Positions 10,052 to 20,333 of a DNA stretch of 64,000 nucleotides are shown in pieces. The translations under genes were made by a program, and so were the position numbers. Origin of the DNA: Escherichia coli (GTDB lineage Bacteria; Pseudomonadota; Gammaproteobacteria; Enterobacterales; Enterobacteriaceae); NCBI RefSeq assembly GCF_030384885.1, contig NZ_CP128613.1; one strand, written 5' to 3'. The notes beneath the pieces are model-generated. The model searched no databases and was not told the origin of the DNA. It saw nothing but the letters and a program-made list of their open reading frames with translations. Position 1 is the first letter of the stretch. Each line of letters starts with the position of its first letter.

Positions 10052-11470
10052 TCAGACGCCGTAACGTTCGCACCAGCCAAGAATGGCTTTTTCGAAGCAG
10101 GCGAATGGTGGATGCACAATGCCCGCGCCAATCATGCCGACGCCCGCATCTTTATGGGCAATGGCGGTGTTGATCACTGGCAGAATGCCACTGCTACCCA
10201 CGCGGGTGATGTCGATTGCCGACGGCACGCCCATAAATCCGAGCAGCGGAATGGTGACGTTCGGGTTTTCGCCGAGGGTGATTTCACGCATCTGGCGGGA
10301 GAAATCGATAGCCTCTTCCACCGTACCGCCCACCAGCGCGACGATAGCGGGTGCGGTCGCCATAGCAAATCCACCAATGCCGTAGGTTTCGGTGATGGCG
10401 CTGTCGCCAATATCCAACCCAGAATCTTCCGGCTTATAACCTGCAAACATCGGGCCGATCACCTGCTGCGCCGGACCGGTAAACCATTGCCCCGGCAGGC
10501 CGCTGACCCGCAGGCCGAACTCGACGCCGTTACGCGCCATCGTGGTCACCACGGTGCTGTATTCGATGCCGTGCGCCGCATCCATCGCCGCTTTACACAT
10601 CGCCATCCACGTCGGGCCGGAGAAGTAGTCGCTGCTGGCGACAAACTCAAACACTTCGCGCTGTTGCTCGACGGAATAACCCGCCTGAATAATCCCCGGC
10701 GTCAGCGCCTGAATCAGCAGCGTCGTCCCGGCGTTATTGCGGTTATGGCATTCATCGCCCATATGCAGCGCCTGCGCCAGCATCAAGCGCAGATCGATCT
10801 CGCCGATAATTTTCATCGCGTCACGCAGCATTGGCCCCTGCACATCGCGCATCCAGTTGAGGCGGTCAATCACGCTCTGATCGTTGGCACCCATACGCAA
10901 AATCTTCGCCATCTGCTCGCTCATATTGGTGTAAGCGATGTTGCCGTAGGTTTTGTTTTTCACGATGTGCATAAACATCGAGGCAGAGGTAACACCCGCC
11001 ATCGAACCCACGCAGTCATGCTCGTGGCACGGCGAGAAAGTGATCTCCCCGGAAGCCGCCAGTTCGGCCGCCTCGTCGAGATCTTTCGCCAGCCCTTCGA
11101 ACACCAGGGCCCCGGTGACCGCGCCTTTCATCGCGCCGCACATTTTTTCCCAGGTCACTGGCGGCCCGGCGTGAAGAATGGTTTTCGCCGTCATGCCTGG
11201 CACCACGTTAATCGCCTGATCAAAGCCAATCAGTACCGGATGCGACTGGATAATGCGTTCCAGCGCCTGCTGGTTAGCGGCGGCGATTTTGTCTGCCAGC
11301 GGTGAATCGGCAATGTTGTCCAGCGCCTGCACCACCTGCATATTGCCCTGCCCCGGCGGCGTCCAGTCGAGTTGGGTCACTTCTACATACTGCTTTTTCA
11401 GGTCATCGCTAAACATGGCGATGCCGACGTTAATAACGTTCAACGGTTGGCTAAACAGTGACTGGCTCAT
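10052..11470 (-). CDS. yahG: DUF1116-family protein, paralogue type of AllG/YlbE
   Basis: 472 aa; start overlaps the yahF stop by 1 nt (coupled translation). Confidence 0.85.
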   Translation of the reverse strand: MSQSLFSQPLNVINVGIAMFSDDLKKQYVEVTQLDWTPPGQGNMQVVQALDNIADSPLADKIAAANQQALERIIQSHPVLIGFDQAINVVPGMTAKTILHAGPPVTWEKMCGAMKGAVTGALVFEGLAKDLDEAAELAASGEITFSPCHEHDCVGSMAGVTSASMFMHIVKNKTYGNIAYTNMSEQMAKILRMGANDQSVIDRLNWMRDVQGPMLRDAMKIIGEIDLRLMLAQALHMGDECHNRNNAGTTLLIQALTPGIIQAGYSVEQQREVFEFVASSDYFSGPTWMAMCKAAMDAAHGIEYSTVVTTMARNGVEFGLRVSGLPGQWFTGPAQQVIGPMFAGYKPEDSGLDIGDSAITETYGIGGFAMATAPAIVALVGGTVEEAIDFSRQMREITLGENPNVTIPLLGFMGVPSAIDITRVGSSGILPVINTAIAHKDAGVGMIGAGIVHPPFACFEKAILGWCERYGV

Positions 11471-13017
11471 CAGGCTTCCTCCCCTTTGCAGATAAATTCA
11501 CGCGCCAGCAATCCGGTATTGGTGCTACTGCTCGCCAGAATCACTCCGGCATCAAGCAGCATCTGGCTTTGTTGTTCTAATGATGGCGTATCGAGATCGG
11601 TGCCCAGTACATAGGCGAGAATGATCAACTCGCGTCCTTCGGCAGCGGCGATCGCTTTCGCTTCTTTGATCGCCTTGATGGTGGAACCGACCGGATCTTC
11701 ATGCGATCCAAATCCGAGCACAAAATCCATCACGATCACCGCCACTTCTGGATCACGCGCTTCTTCGATCAAGCGACTGATGCGGTTGGTGGGGTCAATC
11801 ATTGGATGCGGCTTGCCGTTGGTGAAGTCGTCATCGCCAAAGTCGAGGAAGGTGTGTTTGATGCTGCGGTTGATATCTTGCAGGCGGAATTCAGGATCGG
11901 GCTGGATGTTGCTGTAGACATCGCCGTGTTTTTCCATCACCGCGAACATGGTTTCGTCGCACAGTGTGCCGCCGCAGAACAGGCCACGAATGTATTTCTG
12001 CCGCGGTTGCAGACGCGCACGCACATCCGCAATCAACGGCTGGTTCAGGGTATGCAGGTCGAGATGTTCTTGTTTCACGCCACAGAGCATCACCGCTTTC
12101 AACGCCGCCTCTTTGGTGCCGCGGGCAAACTGTAGCCCGTGCTCGTCCACCGGTGTTTCGCCACGGCCGAGGAAGCAGACCACCACCGGCTTGCGGCAGG
12201 CGCGTGCGCGTTCCAGCACTTTGCGGGCCACCGCAGGCGCGGGCGGTTTGGAGATAAGTACAATGATTTCAGTTTGCGGATCGTTTTCCAGCATCCCGAT
12301 AGCGTCGAGCATCATCAGGCCGCCGATTTTCTCGCTCAGGTCGCGCCCGCCGGTACCGATCAGTTGCGAAACGCCGCCGCCAAATTCATGAATGCGGACG
12401 CTCAGCTCCTGGCTGCCGGTGCCGGATGCGCCAACAATACCGATGTTGCCGCGACGCACGGCGTTACCAAAGCAGAGCGCCGCGCCGTTGATAATCGCCG
12501 TGCCGCAGTCTGGCCCCATCATCAGCAGCCCTTTTTCGTGGGCCAACTGTTTGAGCGCCAGTTCATCTTCAACCGAGACGTTATCGGAAAACAGCATCAC
12601 GTTAAGATCGTTTTGCAGCGCCTGACGTGCTTCGCGAGCGGCAAACAGACCGTTGACCGAAATCACGGCCAGGTTACTTTCCGGGATATGCTTTTTGGCG
12701 CTGGCAATCGTGGCGTAACGCGCCTCGTGCGAGCCACTTTGCGCTTTGCTGTTGAACAGTTCTTCAATCTCCACCAGCAACTGCTCGTTGTCTGCGCCCG
12801 CTTTGCCGTTGATGACAATCATCAGGTCGCCGTTTTTCGCCTGTTCCAGCTCCGGCGTCAGCAGCCCTAAATTCTTCAGAACGCCTTTGTTCATTTCGGT
12901 CGCCATCGCCACAAATGCCTGCTCGACACCGTCGAGTTTATTTGCACGTGTGGAGATAGACATCAGCGAGACAGAATCAAAATAGGTATTCGGTTTAATG
13001 ACTATTTTAACTGACAT
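11470..13017 (-). CDS. yahF: FdrA-like protein (succinyl-CoA-synthetase-alpha-like CoA-binding fold), paralogue type of AllF
   Basis: 515 aa; glycine-rich nucleotide/CoA-binding motifs; overlaps the yahE stop. Confidence 0.85.
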   Translation of the reverse strand: MSVKIVIKPNTYFDSVSLMSISTRANKLDGVEQAFVAMATEMNKGVLKNLGLLTPELEQAKNGDLMIVINGKAGADNEQLLVEIEELFNSKAQSGSHEARYATIASAKKHIPESNLAVISVNGLFAAREARQALQNDLNVMLFSDNVSVEDELALKQLAHEKGLLMMGPDCGTAIINGAALCFGNAVRRGNIGIVGASGTGSQELSVRIHEFGGGVSQLIGTGGRDLSEKIGGLMMLDAIGMLENDPQTEIIVLISKPPAPAVARKVLERARACRKPVVVCFLGRGETPVDEHGLQFARGTKEAALKAVMLCGVKQEHLDLHTLNQPLIADVRARLQPRQKYIRGLFCGGTLCDETMFAVMEKHGDVYSNIQPDPEFRLQDINRSIKHTFLDFGDDDFTNGKPHPMIDPTNRISRLIEEARDPEVAVIVMDFVLGFGSHEDPVGSTIKAIKEAKAIAAAEGRELIILAYVLGTDLDTPSLEQQSQMLLDAGVILASSSTNTGLLAREFICKGEEA

Positions 13018-13870
13018 AATTCCCTCCGTAGGTTTGGCTCAGCGCACAAGCATCGGCCATGCCATACAGCATGTCGCAGCCGGAACTGGAGCCAATATGT
13101 TTAATTTTTTCTATTGCCTGGGTTGAATTCCCAGGGATGCCATAAATAATGTCGTGAATAAAATGGTGAATATTTTCCCGACAACGTTGCTGTAATGCGG
13201 CTTCCAGCGTTATGGCACTTAGTAACGTGGTATTATTTCTGCCGCGTTGCAGACCGAGATAAAATTTCTCTTTGTATTTTTCCGCCGGATGCCCGGAAAT
13301 AAATAAAATAAGTACCAGCCCGGTCAGATAATCATCGGCTGATGGCGTAAGGCCAATCCCTAACCCCATCATATTAGCAACCGCCAAAGCGATATTTTGT
13401 TTATCGCTTACTGCCTGAATAACTGCCCGTCGTTTAATACGTAATTCTTTATTTAACGCCTGATAAAACGGATTATCGCCGCAATAATTAAACAGGGTTT
13501 CATTTTCCCCCAGGTGCTGATGAATAATGTCGTGCCACTGTTGCCAGGCGATAAGGTGAAATTTTTCAGCAGTCATTTGCAAGGTTGGGGACAGCCAACG
13601 CTGGCAATGACTCATCTCTATATGAAGATGTTGACCAACCGTAATGCCTTGATCGTCAAACTGAACTTTATCACCATGATGGAACAGACCATTAAAGTGA
13701 GTGAGTGCCAACCGACAACTGTTTGGCGCATTGTCGTACTCTTCACAAAGCAGCGTCAGCAACTGCTGGCGGGCCGGAAGTGCGATATTTACCGCTCTGG
13801 CAAAGACCTGTTCAACCTGTCCTTGCCCCCGCTGCGCCAGAAAATCAGCATCCGCAGTTAGCGCCCACAC
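13007..13870 (-). CDS. yahE: DUF2877-family protein, paralogue type of AllH/YlbF
   Basis: 287 aa; position and length match yahE. Confidence 0.8.
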   Translation of the reverse strand: MWALTADADFLAQRGQGQVEQVFARAVNIALPARQQLLTLLCEEYDNAPNSCRLALTHFNGLFHHGDKVQFDDQGITVGQHLHIEMSHCQRWLSPTLQMTAEKFHLIAWQQWHDIIHQHLGENETLFNYCGDNPFYQALNKELRIKRRAVIQAVSDKQNIALAVANMMGLGIGLTPSADDYLTGLVLILFISGHPAEKYKEKFYLGLQRGRNNTTLLSAITLEAALQQRCRENIHHFIHDIIYGIPGNSTQAIEKIKHIGSSSGCDMLYGMADACALSQTYGGNYVS

Positions 13871-13909
13871 ACACCGTCTTTCTGGTGTGTTGATAGCAAG
13901 CCTCCCGGT

Positions 13910-14515
13910 TTATGCACCTGCGGCAATCAGTAACTGCGCAATCTCTTCAAAGCCTCGTTCCCGCGCCAGTTCCAGCGGCGTTTTACCATATTTATCGGTC
14001 AGATGCGGGCTGGCACCGTGCTCCAGCAATAACTGGACAATCGCCTGCTGTTTAATCCCACCATCGTTAAGCACAATCGCTTCCAGTAGCGGCGTCCAGC
14101 CAACATGGTTGGTCTGGTTAACGTTAATATCCGTATGCGCCAAAAGCTCTTTTACAATACTTAAATGGCCTTTTTCACAGGCAGGCGTCAGGCCGACACC
14201 GCCGAAACGGGTTACACAATTAAGGTCTGGTTTAGCCGGTAAAATAATTCGTAGTAGCGTTAAATCACCGTTCAGGCAGCTCATTAAAAAAGGATTTAAA
14301 CAGGTCTGGTCTTGTTTATTAATATCCGCACCGGCATCAATTAACGCCTGAACGCAAGCATATTGCTGATATAAACTTGCCAGCGTAATTGCCGTTTTCC
14401 CCTGGCGATCGCAGGTATTAATATCGACACCCAGCGCAAGGCAGGTTTTTACTTTATCGATATCACCCTGTTGTGCAGCCAATAAATAATCGGCAGGTAG
14501 ATTTTTTATACTCAT
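13910..14515 (-). CDS. yahD: Ankyrin-repeat protein
   Basis: 201 aa with repeated ankyrin-type motifs (G-TPL…A…G…-V--LL-.GA-.N). Confidence 0.85.
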   Translation of the reverse strand: MSIKNLPADYLLAAQQGDIDKVKTCLALGVDINTCDRQGKTAITLASLYQQYACVQALIDAGADINKQDQTCLNPFLMSCLNGDLTLLRIILPAKPDLNCVTRFGGVGLTPACEKGHLSIVKELLAHTDINVNQTNHVGWTPLLEAIVLNDGGIKQQAIVQLLLEHGASPHLTDKYGKTPLELARERGFEEIAQLLIAAGA

Positions 14516-14618
14516 TCACATTCCCCTGGTATTTGTGGCTGTTTTCGATGAATTGAGAATAGCAACGATAATCTGATAAAAGAACCCGCTTAAATTTAAT
14601 TCGCCGTATTTCGCCTTT

Positions 14619-14639
14619 TTGTTGAATGATGTTCAACAA
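14619..14639. promoter_or_regulatory. Perfect palindrome TTGTTGAA-TGATG-TTCAACAA in the yahD/yahC divergent intergenic region (candidate operator)
   Basis: 8-bp arms are exact reverse complements with a 5-bp spacer; fits a T-N11-A LysR-type box, with a LysR gene (yahB) adjacent. Confidence 0.4.
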
Positions 14640-14772
14640 TCTTTTCGCAGTGTGCGGTAGTGCAATATTTGTTTCTTTGACCCGATACCCTTTCACTCAA
14701 TCAGGTTTTATTTCTCTATAGTCTGCACATGTAAGAGTAGCTTTCGTCCATGTCTAACCAGAGGGGAACAAG

Positions 14773-15270
14773 ATGAACGGACTCACGGCAACGGGTGTCA
14801 CCGTCGGTATTTGTGCAGGGCTTTGGCAGTTAGTGTCTTCACATGTCGGGCTCTCTCAGGGATGGGAATTATTAGGAACCATTGGCTTTGTCGCCTTTTG
14901 CAGTTTTTATGCCGCAGGCGGCGGTAAATCGGGGTTTATCAAGAGCCTGGCGGTTAATTACTCCGGGATGGTGTGGGCGTTTTTCGCCGCGCTGGCTTCC
15001 GGTTGGCTAGCCTCGGTGAGTGGGATTTCCGGCTTCTGGGCGAGCGTGATTATGACTGTACCCTTCTCGGCGGTGGTGGTCTGGCAAGGACGTTTCGGTT
15101 TACTGTCTTTTATTCCCGGAGGCTTTCTCGGCATGACGCTATTTTTTGCCAGCGGGATGAACTGGACGGTGACATTACTGGGTTTTCTGGCGGGTAACTG
15201 CGTGGGAATAATTTCAGAATATGGCGGACAAAAATTAAGCGAAGCGACGACTAAACGCGACGGGTATTAA
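14773..15270 (+). CDS. yahC: Small inner-membrane protein
   Basis: 165-aa hydrophobic glycine-rich ORF with multiple TM segments. Confidence 0.75.
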   Translation: MNGLTATGVTVGICAGLWQLVSSHVGLSQGWELLGTIGFVAFCSFYAAGGGKSGFIKSLAVNYSGMVWAFFAALASGWLASVSGISGFWASVIMTVPFSAVVVWQGRFGLLSFIPGGFLGMTLFFASGMNWTVTLLGFLAGNCVGIISEYGGQKLSEATTKRDGY

Positions 15271-15361
15271 AAGTTATTCAAAAATGATTATCTATCTTTA
15301 ACCGATACCTCTACAGTCATGACTGGAGAAATTCAAATTAGATAATGGCGGGAATGGTTTA

Positions 15362-16294
15362 ATGAACTCAATTTTCACCGAAGAAAACCTGTTGGCGTTT
15401 ACTACCGCTGCGCGTTTTAGCAGCTTCAGTAAAGCGGCAGACGAGTTGGGTTTAACCACTTCCGCCATTAGCTACACCATCAAGCGAATGGAAACGGGGC
15501 TGGATGTGGTGCTGTTCACCCGTAACACCCGCAGTATTGAGTTAACCGAGTCCGGGCGTTATTTTTTCCGCAAAGCTACCGACCTGCTGAATGATTTTCA
15601 CGCCATCAAACGCAGCATTGATACTATTTCGCAGGGCATTGAAGCACGGGTTCGCATTTGTATTAACCAGCTGCTTTATACGCCCAAACACACCGCACGC
15701 TTATTACAGGTACTGAAAAAGCAATTTCCAACCTGCCAGATTACCGTCACCACCGAAGTGTATAATGGCGTCTGGGATGCGATTATTAATAATCAGGCGA
15801 ATATCGCTATCGGCGCACCCGACACGCTGCTGGACGGCGGCGGCATTGATTACACGGAGATTGGCGCGATTCGCTGGGCTTTTGCTATCGCCCCGGATCA
15901 CCCGTTAGCCTTTGTGCCAGAGCCGATCGCTGAAAGTCAGCTACGTCTCTACCCCAATATCATGGTGGAAGACACCGCGCATACGATTAATAAAAAAGTG
16001 GGCTGGTTGCTGCATGGGCAGGAGTCGATTCTGGTGCCAGATTTCAACACCAAATGTCAGTGCCAGATTTTAGGCGAAGGAATTGGTTTTTTGCCGGATT
16101 ACATGGTCCGTGAGGCGATGGCGCAATCCCTGCTGGTTACCCGACAAATCCATAATCCGCGCCAGGATTCACGCATGTTACTGGCGACCCAGCACTCTGC
16201 CACCGGTCAGGTGACGCAGTGGATTAAAAAACAATTTTCGCCAAATGGCATATTAACGGGGATCTATCAGGATTTACTGCATCGGGAGAATTAA
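15362..16294 (+). CDS. yahB: LysR-family transcriptional regulator
   Basis: 310 aa; N-terminal winged-HTH with the typical LysR signature and a C-terminal substrate-binding domain. Confidence 0.85.
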   Translation: MNSIFTEENLLAFTTAARFSSFSKAADELGLTTSAISYTIKRMETGLDVVLFTRNTRSIELTESGRYFFRKATDLLNDFHAIKRSIDTISQGIEARVRICINQLLYTPKHTARLLQVLKKQFPTCQITVTTEVYNGVWDAIINNQANIAIGAPDTLLDGGGIDYTEIGAIRWAFAIAPDHPLAFVPEPIAESQLRLYPNIMVEDTAHTINKKVGWLLHGQESILVPDFNTKCQCQILGEGIGFLPDYMVREAMAQSLLVTRQIHNPRQDSRMLLATQHSATGQVTQWIKKQFSPNGILTGIYQDLLHREN

Positions 16295-16335
16295 TCGCTG
16301 CCAACCTCCCGATGCGCTGTGAATAGCGGTTTACA

Positions 16336-17424
16336 TCAACCACCTGCTTTCATTACCCATTCAGAGATAAATTTATTACCCGGTACTGGCGGAGAGTACA
16401 AATAGCCCTGCAAAAAGTGAACGCCTTTGCCGATCATTAAATCCGCCTGCTCCTGGGTTTCTACCCCTTCCGCCACGATACTCAGACCAGGCTTACGCGC
16501 CAGTTCGACAATATTGTCCACAATATGACCGGAGATTTCGTCAACACTCGCCATTTGCACAAACGACTTGTCAATTTTAATAAAATCGACCGGAAACGCC
16601 TGCAGATAACGATAGGTCGCATAACCCGTACCAAAGTCATCCAGCGCAAAGGTAATGTTATGCTGATGAAGGCTGTCAAATATCGCTCTGGCTTCTGGCG
16701 TTACCGGAATGGGGTTGCGTTCCGTTAGCTCAAGAACCAGCTTGATTTTATCGTTACCTAATTTCTTGACCAGGTTCAGACACTCTTTTTCAAATCCTGC
16801 GGCCAAAAAACATCCTGCCGAGACGTTGATTCCAATATGGAAATTATCCGGCAGCAAATGTTTTACTGGCATCAGAATATCCGCAGTCTGTTTCATCAGC
16901 TGGCGAGTCATTATGACAATAAGACCGGATGACTCCGCCAGAGGAATAAACTGATCCGGTGGGATAATTCCCGTTTGCGGATGTTCCCAGCGGACAAGCA
17001 CTTCACAGCCCGTCAGTACCCCAGTCTGCGCGCAGAAAACCGGTTGGATCCACGGTTTGAATTCGTGATTTTCCAACGCCAGACTGATGGCTTCAGGCGT
17101 GACGATATGGTGATAGTGATTATCATTAATATATTTGTGACTATTATTACCCGTGGCGGATATGATCTCCGGATTGTACTGAAAGAAAATATCCCGCCAG
17201 AAAGTAATATCGCTCTGAATCCCCAGTTTCTCAAAGAGCTGTTTCTTTTGATGTGAAATGGTCTTTGCACTGCGATTTCTGTACTGTGATATTTCTGTTA
17301 CAGACATTCCCTGCATCAGCAGCTTGAGTAGCAGTCGTTCTTTCTCGGATACGCTACCAGGCAATGACAAATGAACCGTTGTACCGAACTCTTGCAGAAA
17401 AACACGAAAATCACATGAATTCAT
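16336..17424 (-). CDS. pdeL: c-di-GMP phosphodiesterase / transcription regulator (LuxR-type HTH + EAL domain)
   Basis: N-terminal LuxR-type HTH, C-terminal EAL domain (ELTE…DDFGTGY…KIDKSF). Start trimmed to MNSCDF. Confidence 0.85.
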   Translation of the reverse strand: MNSCDFRVFLQEFGTTVHLSLPGSVSEKERLLLKLLMQGMSVTEISQYRNRSAKTISHQKKQLFEKLGIQSDITFWRDIFFQYNPEIISATGNNSHKYINDNHYHHIVTPEAISLALENHEFKPWIQPVFCAQTGVLTGCEVLVRWEHPQTGIIPPDQFIPLAESSGLIVIMTRQLMKQTADILMPVKHLLPDNFHIGINVSAGCFLAAGFEKECLNLVKKLGNDKIKLVLELTERNPIPVTPEARAIFDSLHQHNITFALDDFGTGYATYRYLQAFPVDFIKIDKSFVQMASVDEISGHIVDNIVELARKPGLSIVAEGVETQEQADLMIGKGVHFLQGYLYSPPVPGNKFISEWVMKAGG

Positions 17425-18299
17425 GAACACACCTTTTATCTTTTATCGCTGTTCAGTATGAGTGATTACCTGTGGATTCCTGAGCACACATAAGGGGTAA
17501 CCATAAACATTAGCGATGCCATACGTATAACATCCCACATCACTATCAAGAAGATTATCTTTACCTCTGATGCTCGCTCAAAAACAGTTACGCTAAATAC
17601 CTTAAAAAGGTAATCACAAGTCAAACTCAGGAGATAATCACGCAAGAATGCAATATTAAAATTCAGATACTCATTTTTGGTAATAAAGAAGTAGTTGGAC
17701 TATTTCGATATTTATAATTTCCCACTACGTATTGACGCCCATTCATGAGTAAAGGCGCATTATATGAATTTAACAATCCAGATCAACTGAAAATACCTCA
17801 ACCTCATAAACACATAGCGTCAACATTCAATGACATAATGAGTAAAGATGTTGGTTATGCATACACGTCATTACTCTATGCCAATCCCTTAACAACCTGC
17901 TTTTTAAGACTGAATCCATTCAGCAATAGATAGCCAACATTATAACAATGACAATAAAAACAATATTTAAAACAATCAATAAAATATCAGACACAAACAA
18001 TTAAACCTTAAACAACAAACAGTTACATTGATTTTAGTTGATTTGCGCTATGCGTTCCCCATGAATAAAGCGTCATTTCAAATTAGCACCAATATTTACA
18101 TTAAATAAGACTAAGCTTATTGAACATTCACAACAGTCCAAACGTAGTGTTTGGGCTTCAATAGTTCTTTTCTTTTTTATTATCTGTTGCCTGGCAATCA
18201 TCAATCGATACTAAGGGCTTAACTGTACAGATATAACGTATCAAGAGGTAAGAGAAACCACGCCATATGCAGACATGGCGCGGTTTTATGCAATAACAA

Positions 18300-20333
18300 T
18301 CACGCGTCCGGGAACATTACGCTATTACCCGGCGCTTCACGATGGAGATGGATAAAGTTTAGGTGCCGCTCGTACTGATCGAGAATATCGGTGATCACCT
18401 GCTCTTTGCTGTAGTCCATCAGGTCGTTACCCTGGCTGCCTTCTAACAGGAAGGTTTCCAGCCGGTAATAGGTCGATTTCCCGCTACGTGCGCGGTAGGT
18501 AAAGCCCGGCACCGAATATTGCTGTGGCCAAATCTGATAGACAAAGTTTTGCTCTTCACCCATATGCACCAGCAAATCCAGATGCCCTAACTGTTGTCCC
18601 TCTTCCGGCGGCAGGCTTTTTAGCTCCACGTACGCGCCGCGCAACCGCAGCTCCTGCGCCACTTCTTCCATTGCCGGGTAACAGACCGTCTCCATCATCT
18701 GTTTGGTGTAACGCGTGCCCGGATAATTCATCAGGCGCGAGAGACGTTTTTTCCAGCTCAGGCGATCCTGAAGCCCCAGCGGTCGCGGCGCGGTATCACG
18801 GTTGGCACTTTCACGGCGGTAATCTTCTACCTTCAGAGATTTATACAATCCCGCCATCACGAAGAAAATCACAAAGCTGAACGGCAGCCCCATGATTACC
18901 GTGGTGTTTTGCAGCGCGGATATCCCGTTGGTCATCAGCATGCCAAGCGTCAGCAGACCAATCGCCACCGACCAGAAGACGCGCAGCCAGCCGGGGGCGT
19001 CGCTGTTGATATCTTTAAGCTGCGAGGTGAAATTCCCCAGCACCAGCGCGCCGGAGTCCGCCGAGGTCACATAAAACAGCAGGCCAGTAATGGTGGCAAC
19101 CGAGGCGCTAAAGGTAAACGCCGGATACTGCGCCAGCAGGCTGTAGAAGCCGCGCTCCGGATGGACCATCGCTTCCTCGGCAAATGCCGCGCCGCCGTGG
19201 ATGATTTCATACAGCGCGCTATTGCCGAATACCGAGAGCCATAACAGCGTGAAGGTAAACGGAATAATCAACGTGCCCAGCACGAACTGGCGAATGGTGC
19301 GTCCACGCGAGATACGCGCCAGGAACAGGCCGACAAACGGCGACCAGGCTACCCACCATGCCCAGAAAAAGAGCGTCCAGTTATTCATCCACTCAACCGG
19401 GCGGTCAAAGGCGAAACTGTTGAGCGTCATGCCCATAAAGCGGTTAACGTAATCGCCAACGTTCAGCACCAGCGCATTAAGCAGGAACGAGGTGTCGCCC
19501 ATAAACAGCACGAACAGGATCAACCCCAGCGCCAGTGCGACATTGAGTTCAGACAATACGCGAATGCCTTTGTCGACACCGGAAGTCACCGAGATAGTCG
19601 CGATGATTACCGACAGCGCGATCAGCGCCGCTTTCGCCGCCATTGAATCCGGGATATCAAACAGTACGCTCAGGCCATAGTTAAGCTGCACCACGCCAAT
19701 GCCGAGCGTGGTGGCAATCCCGAAGATGGTGCCGATCACCGCTGCAATATCCACCGAGTGACCAATCGGCCCGTTGATCCGTTTACCGAAAATCGGATAC
19801 AGCGCCGAGCGGATCGTGAGCGGCAAATTATAACGATAGCTGAAGTATCCGAGCGCCATGCCCATCAGCGCATACATCGACCAGCCGGTTAAGCCGTAGT
19901 GAAACAGCGTCCAGACCATCGCCTGACGCGCCGCTTCCATCGTCTGCCCTGCCCCTTCCGGCGGCTGCATATACTGCGTGACCGGCTCAGCAACGGAGAA
20001 GAACATCAGATCAATACCAATCCCGGCAGCGAACAGCATCGCCGCCCAGCTCAGTAGACTGAATTCCGGTTTGGATTGTTCAGGCCCGAGCTTCACCGAA
20101 CCAAAACGCGAACAAGCGATGCAGACCACAAAGACAATATAGAGCGTTGCCGCCAGCAGATAGTACCAACCGAAGGTTTTAGAAACCCAGTCCAGCGTGC
20201 GGCCAATCCACAGGGCCGAGAAGTCGCGAAACAGGATCGTTGTCAGGGAAAACAACAAAATCAGTCCGGCGGAGGTGTAAAACACCACCGGATTGATTTT
20301 GTCCTTTTCCCTGCTGTGCGAAAGGTCTGTCAT
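18300..20333 (-). CDS. betT: High-affinity choline transporter (BCCT family)
   Basis: 677-aa polytopic membrane protein with a BCCT-type core and long C-terminal cytoplasmic tail; divergent from betIBA. Confidence 0.95.
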   Translation of the reverse strand: MTDLSHSREKDKINPVVFYTSAGLILLFSLTTILFRDFSALWIGRTLDWVSKTFGWYYLLAATLYIVFVVCIACSRFGSVKLGPEQSKPEFSLLSWAAMLFAAGIGIDLMFFSVAEPVTQYMQPPEGAGQTMEAARQAMVWTLFHYGLTGWSMYALMGMALGYFSYRYNLPLTIRSALYPIFGKRINGPIGHSVDIAAVIGTIFGIATTLGIGVVQLNYGLSVLFDIPDSMAAKAALIALSVIIATISVTSGVDKGIRVLSELNVALALGLILFVLFMGDTSFLLNALVLNVGDYVNRFMGMTLNSFAFDRPVEWMNNWTLFFWAWWVAWSPFVGLFLARISRGRTIRQFVLGTLIIPFTFTLLWLSVFGNSALYEIIHGGAAFAEEAMVHPERGFYSLLAQYPAFTFSASVATITGLLFYVTSADSGALVLGNFTSQLKDINSDAPGWLRVFWSVAIGLLTLGMLMTNGISALQNTTVIMGLPFSFVIFFVMAGLYKSLKVEDYRRESANRDTAPRPLGLQDRLSWKKRLSRLMNYPGTRYTKQMMETVCYPAMEEVAQELRLRGAYVELKSLPPEEGQQLGHLDLLVHMGEEQNFVYQIWPQQYSVPGFTYRARSGKSTYYRLETFLLEGSQGNDLMDYSKEQVITDILDQYERHLNFIHLHREAPGNSVMFPDA

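Noticed and set aside
9006-10073. Track ORF of 355 aa for the carbamate-kinase-like gene
   Set aside because: The first ~39 codons overlap the 3' end of yahG and lack kinase homology; trimmed to the internal ATG at ~9956 (316 aa).
10112-11305. 397-aa plus-strand ORF
   Set aside because: Lies entirely antisense to yahG; Arg/His-rich low-complexity translation typical of a GC-rich shadow frame.
12139-12870. 243-aa plus-strand ORF, with several neighbouring 60-150-aa ORFs
   Set aside because: Antisense shadow ORFs inside yahF; no start context or motif.
13701-14351. 216-aa plus-strand ORF
   Set aside because: Spans the yahE/yahD coding regions on the opposite strand; Ser/Ala-rich shadow frame.
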